Below are positions 59,766 through 64,000 of a stretch of 64,000 bases of DNA, one piece after another. Each line of letters starts with the position of its first letter. Position 1 is the first letter of the stretch. Source of the stretch: Lytechinus pictus (taxonomy: Eukaryota); contig NC_087252.1 of assembly GCF_037042905.1 (NCBI RefSeq), positions 8,496,001-8,560,000 of the forward strand. Reading direction: 5' to 3'. The position numbers were made by a program, and so were the translations under genes. The notes under the pieces were generated by a model that was given only the letters and a program-made list of their open reading frames with translations, did no database searches and was not told the origin of the DNA.

Positions 59766-60049
59766 GAGTTCAACGTGAATCACTATGTCAGGCAAGAATA
59801 TCACGTTAAGTGCACGGTCTTCGATTCTAAAGTGTATCTTAAAAACCATTACCAATATTTGGCAACTTTTATAAGATCAAAGCTTAACCATATGTAATAT
59901 TTTGTTAGGCAAAAGGGCAGACAAAGTATCTAGATAAAGGACATTCCAGGTAAATGTTATCAGTTTAAACTCCGGCAATTGGCGATGTGAACCAAACAGG
60001 AGTAGAAGCGCTTTTCAATTCGTAGTTCCTTTTTTTATTTAAAAAATTA

Positions 60050-62815
60050 AAATAGTTTTGCCCCGATGGACAATTTTATTTACATTAAAAGAAAACTTGC
60101 ACCGTTACAAAAGTAAAATGATTATGTAAATTATACAAACAAATGCTTAAACATACTACATTTAAAAAAAAGTATCTTCCCATTCATATCATAAATGTAA
60201 CATTCATCTAAATAATATGTTTTCATTGACTTTTGTAATCAGGTATATTCCTGTTCAGCATCTAAGAAACTGTTTTACTAAAATATGATTCACAGCATCA
60301 TTTCGCTTTCCTTTGTATCCAAACAATACATTCTGTGGAGTAAATTTAATAGTAAACATGATATCCACGACTCTACTCTTCTCCAAATATTTCTACATAA
60401 CTGAAATTACAGAAGTAGAAAAAAAATTCAATTGTTTTCTTCAAAATGAACAGTTATCAGAATCTGTGATCATCAGTTTAAATATAATTTCATTTAAAAA
60501 CACAATTCTATTGAAACCTTGTATTGGAAATATTTTAGCCCAACATCCATTGTGAATCTCAAAATCACCCTATTGAAATCAGGTATTTTAGTGTGATCTA
60601 AAAGGCTTGATTTCCTTTCCCATTTGTTGCGATAGTTTTGGCAATATTTGTATTTCCTATCGGTATATATTTTTACATCCTTTTTATCATGCATGATATA
60701 GAAGAAATAAACGGCATTACAATAGGCTCACATATTATATGACTTAAGTTTAGGAAGTTTCGATAAAATGTACATCTAAAACCTGACATATTGAAAAAAT
60801 ATTGCAAAACATCAACCTTTTTTACGATACTGCAACAAATAACAATGACAATTTAGTTTAAAATTTGATTTCCTTTTCTTTTATTACAGGAAAAAGAACA
60901 TCCATACAGTAAAACAAAATTAATATTGATCTTACATCTCTTGAAGTGTCAGTTCTGATTATAATCCAAAGTTATGATAGTCCTGTATTGAAGCCAGATA
61001 AAATCCAAGTTGGTTGGCGAAGATTCCTTAAAAAGTTCACAATAATGGCGATGATGAAATTGATGTTGAAGCACGAAGAATAACAAGAGTCACTGTAACG
61101 AGTTGAAATGTCTGTGAAGACGATGTTGATGATGATTAACAGTCAATTTCAGCAATCCATGTGTTGAAAAGCGTTCATTAAAACAGGTTGATGATATCGA
61201 TGAGAACTGAGAATTTCTCTCTCAAAGTAACTGCAAACAGTTAATCAATGGCGTGCAAATAATTCAACAGAAGATAAATGTTGTATTCCAGTTGGAAATA
61301 AACTATGCTCTGACATAAAGTCTGCTGTGAAACTCTGAGTTCTGATCTGATATGATGATATCCTTGAAGAAACGGCCAGCTTTTATTCATAAATATTCAT
61401 CATTCTGGAAGCTTCTAGTATTGTCTTTGAAAAGAACATTATCCTTCTTTCTAGAAAAGTCCACTTCTAGAAGACTCTTGAACGACCTCAGTGAAATAAA
61501 CAATGTAAAGAACATAGCTAATCATTTTGACCTTTTCCACTTCCACTAGGAGTCTATTGTGTAGCAATCTCTTTTGTTTGTACATTCCAGAAATAACAAA
61601 CATTACTCCATCTCATTAAAATGCATGCCCAACAAAGCTTTATACTGAGACATTCTGGAATATTCTTAATCATTATATGCTATGAAAATCCTTAAAGAGG
61701 AAATGACTAAATAAATGAATGTAATTGCTCTTACAATTCTACTTATATGTAACAGTATATATTTTTACATCCTTTTTATCATGCATAATATAGAAGAAAT
61801 AAACGGCATTACAATAGGCTCACATATTATATGACTTAAGTTTAGGAAGTTTCGATAAAATGTACATCTAAAGCCTGACATATTGAAAAATATTGCAAAA
61901 CACCAACCTTTGAATTAAACTTTGATTCACATTGGGTTAAATATATAATATTTCCTTCTTGATCTATATCAAATCATTAATAAATCTTATACCCTTATCT
62001 TGCCATTGTTTGAAATAAACAGACTTTTCATCTTTTTCCATTTGCTATTTTTCCATAAAGGTTTTGCTGACCAATTAATGTTTTCAGATTTCTTAAATAT
62101 GAAAAATAGCATGAAAAAAATCTTTCCAAAGTGGATTATTAATCCTTTCTGATATGTTATGAAAATATTCGTCTCCGTAAAAGAGGTGGAAAGGCTGTCC
62201 AAAAATAAATGTCATCACAATTTCTTAAAAGAAATCTTCTCAACCATGTCAATTTTAATGCTTTTTTAATGCTATCATTTTCTATCCCCCGTCTTCGTAT
62301 GAACCAACTATTTGTTTCCTACTAACTTTTTTTGGTTTTCTATTTCATACGAATTGTTTTTTTTTCATAAGTTGAGCAGATAGACTGGGGATTGATAGAA
62401 GATGGGAAATTATGGCAATAAAAGAGATTTAGCCAGTTATTCTTCCCAGAGTAATATTTCTCTTTGACCATGAAATCATACGTCTTTCTAATTTATCAAA
62501 AACATTTATCGTAATTGGAAATCCGGCATCTTATCAATATTCACATGAAAATCTGTACCAAGATAACGAAAATGAGTATTAAGTTTAGTTCTTCTTCAAT
62601 GTCTTAAACTGTCTTTTTCATGTTACCTCCCAAAATAACTTGCGTCTATTGTGAATTTAGTGTAAGTCCAGTAAATTGAGCGAACTAAGAAATCATGTCC
62701 AACGCTTTTTTGAAAAGTCGTATTAGAGCCAGAAATGAATAAAGCCGTATCATCGGCATATTGAAGTATTTTGAATCATCTATTGTTAACGATGATTCCT
62801 TCAAACTGGTTTGAA
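60050..62815 (-). mobile_element. Heavily decayed L1-clade LINE ORF2 3' fragment
   Basis: Minus strand LQYADDTA at ~62745-62768, followed by L1-like residues (LWKN at ~62055, WERK at ~60620). Many stops and frameshifts. Confidence 0.7.
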
Positions 62816-62870
62816 TTTCTTATCCATAGTGCGAGAACTTCAACACACATAAGGAAAATGCAATTAGTTC

Positions 62871-63740
62871 TTACATGTTGTAACGTGATGTGTTAATACG
62901 ATCAGCAATAAAGGGTGGAACTCGGTAGTTGAATATTTTTATATCTTTCGCCAGCTTCTTGTAGAGAGATTCTAACTGTGTCGAACTAACTTGAGAATAG
63001 TATTTCACCAAGACTTCCGAGCTACTGCTTTTAGTAGGATTCGATGATTTGGGTATTTCTATATCAACACCTTTCGCAATTTCCTGGAGTCCTTCGCGCA
63101 CATCTTCGTAGAAGGTTTCAAAGTGGCCAATGACATCGTAAGGGACCCGGCATGGATGGCAAAGACGATGAAATTCCCGCCAATGCTCTTCTTGTGGAAG
63201 AGCTAGCGTATGCGATGGATTACCAACGTAATCGACAAAATTGCCGAATGTTATGTTGAGATCTTTATTTCTCGCATTCCCGTTTATTATACGAGACCAA
63301 TATTCATTCCTGAAGGCTCCATTTGAATCCAGCTTATCCCGATATGCTGAGAGAATACGTGAAAACGGTTCGCGAACAAATATCAGTTTACGGTAAGTTT
63401 TTATTTTATCTTTAGCATCTTCCAGACTGAACTTACCCAATGATGGAAAGTGCCTTTCAGCAAGTATATGAACTGTTTCATGGTCTATGTTGGTTGAATT
63501 GATATTACCATTAAGCAAGAGCAGCATTCGTTTCATTGTTGTGCAGCCAGTTTTAGGTACATAACAGTAAAGAGTTTTTAATTTGTCTAACACGAAAATG
63601 TGATTCATTTTCTTTAAGATGTCAGCGGTCAGGCCATCAATGGTGTCTCGACGTTCCTTGGAGTTTAAACGCTCACATGCCTCCAGAAGATTTGAGTGAC
63701 GCTGTTGCTGAACATCTTTGAAAGAGAGAGATTTGGATAT
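62871..63740 (-). CDS. Carbohydrate sulfotransferase (Sulfotransfer_2; CHST8-14/HNK-1ST family, CHST11-like), catalytic terminal exon
   Basis: Acceptor ttatttgtatttcactccAG (AG at 63742-63741), then 870 nt in phase 0: ISKSLSFKDVQQQRHSNLLEAC...MNHIFV. 5'-PSB motif CYVPKTGCTTMKR, 3'-PB motif FVREPFSRILSAY, plus EHWR, LCHPC and YDVIGHFETF. Stop at 62871-62873. Upstream exons lie to the right of the window. Confidence 0.95.
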   Translation of the reverse strand: MSKSLSFKDVQQQRHSNLLEACERLNSKERRDTIDGLTADILKKMNHIFVLDKLKTLYCYVPKTGCTTMKRMLLLLNGNINSTNIDHETVHILAERHFPSLGKFSLEDAKDKIKTYRKLIFVREPFSRILSAYRDKLDSNGAFRNEYWSRIINGNARNKDLNITFGNFVDYVGNPSHTLALPQEEHWREFHRLCHPCRVPYDVIGHFETFYEDVREGLQEIAKGVDIEIPKSSNPTKSSSSEVLVKYYSQVSSTQLESLYKKLAKDIKIFNYRVPPFIADRINTSRYNM

Positions 63741-64000
63741 CTGGAGTGAAATACAAATAAGATAGACTTGATTTAAAGACCCTAGCTCAATCTAGAACTG
63801 TAAAATTGAAAGTGGGCATTTCTATAAAATTTTTGTACGTCCGACCCCCTATATGTGGGAGCTTCATAATTTTTTTCTGTCTCAGACTTGTTTGTTCTTT
63901 TGACAGTCTGTAGGGTTCTCAAGGTCCATGACTTGGTCAGCTTATGAAGTAACGTAAGAAAATACGTCCGACCCCCTATATGTGGGACCTTCATAATTTT

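Noticed and set aside
37548..63740. Short exons and the catalytic exon as a single gene
   Set aside because: On the minus strand the catalytic exon (63740-62871) is upstream of the short exons, so the order is incompatible.

Overview
AT-rich, repeat-dense animal genomic DNA. A marine invertebrate, probably a sea urchin, is inferred from the repeat landscape; it is not proven. There are no prokaryotic features. Host coding content: (i) the large catalytic terminal exon of a Golgi carbohydrate sulfotransferase (Sulfotransfer_2, CHST8-14/HNK-1ST family) on the minus strand at 62871-63740; (ii) two paralogous short minus-strand first-exon candidates encoding a cytoplasmic tail plus a hydrophobic anchor (8604-8799 and 37548-37749), with no catalytic exon visible between them. 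The window is built from local segmental duplications (A ~1060-13418, B ~17265-43920, partial C ~45440-54930, plus a 1.6-kb tandem pair at 55775-59765). Each copy carries different transposon insertions, so many target-site duplications (TSDs) can be checked against empty paralogous sites. Mobile DNA includes an uninterrupted L2-type LINE (APE+RT, 1072 aa), decayed L1-, L2/Crack- and I/Nimb-type LINEs, Tc1 remnants, many non-autonomous elements with terminal inverted repeats (TIRs) and 8-, 5-, 9-, 4-bp or TA TSDs, a Helentron-like tandem-repeat element, and a foldback element with 16-bp terminal arrays split by a 6.9-kb nested insertion. The best leads are a possible variable-first-exon sulfotransferase locus, a duplicated NF-kB-type motif pair, ~110-bp-periodic arrays of a conserved CG-rich 20-mer, and single transposon ends at each major duplication junction. 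None is demonstrated as a new system from sequence alone. Coordinates of degenerate repeats are approximate.
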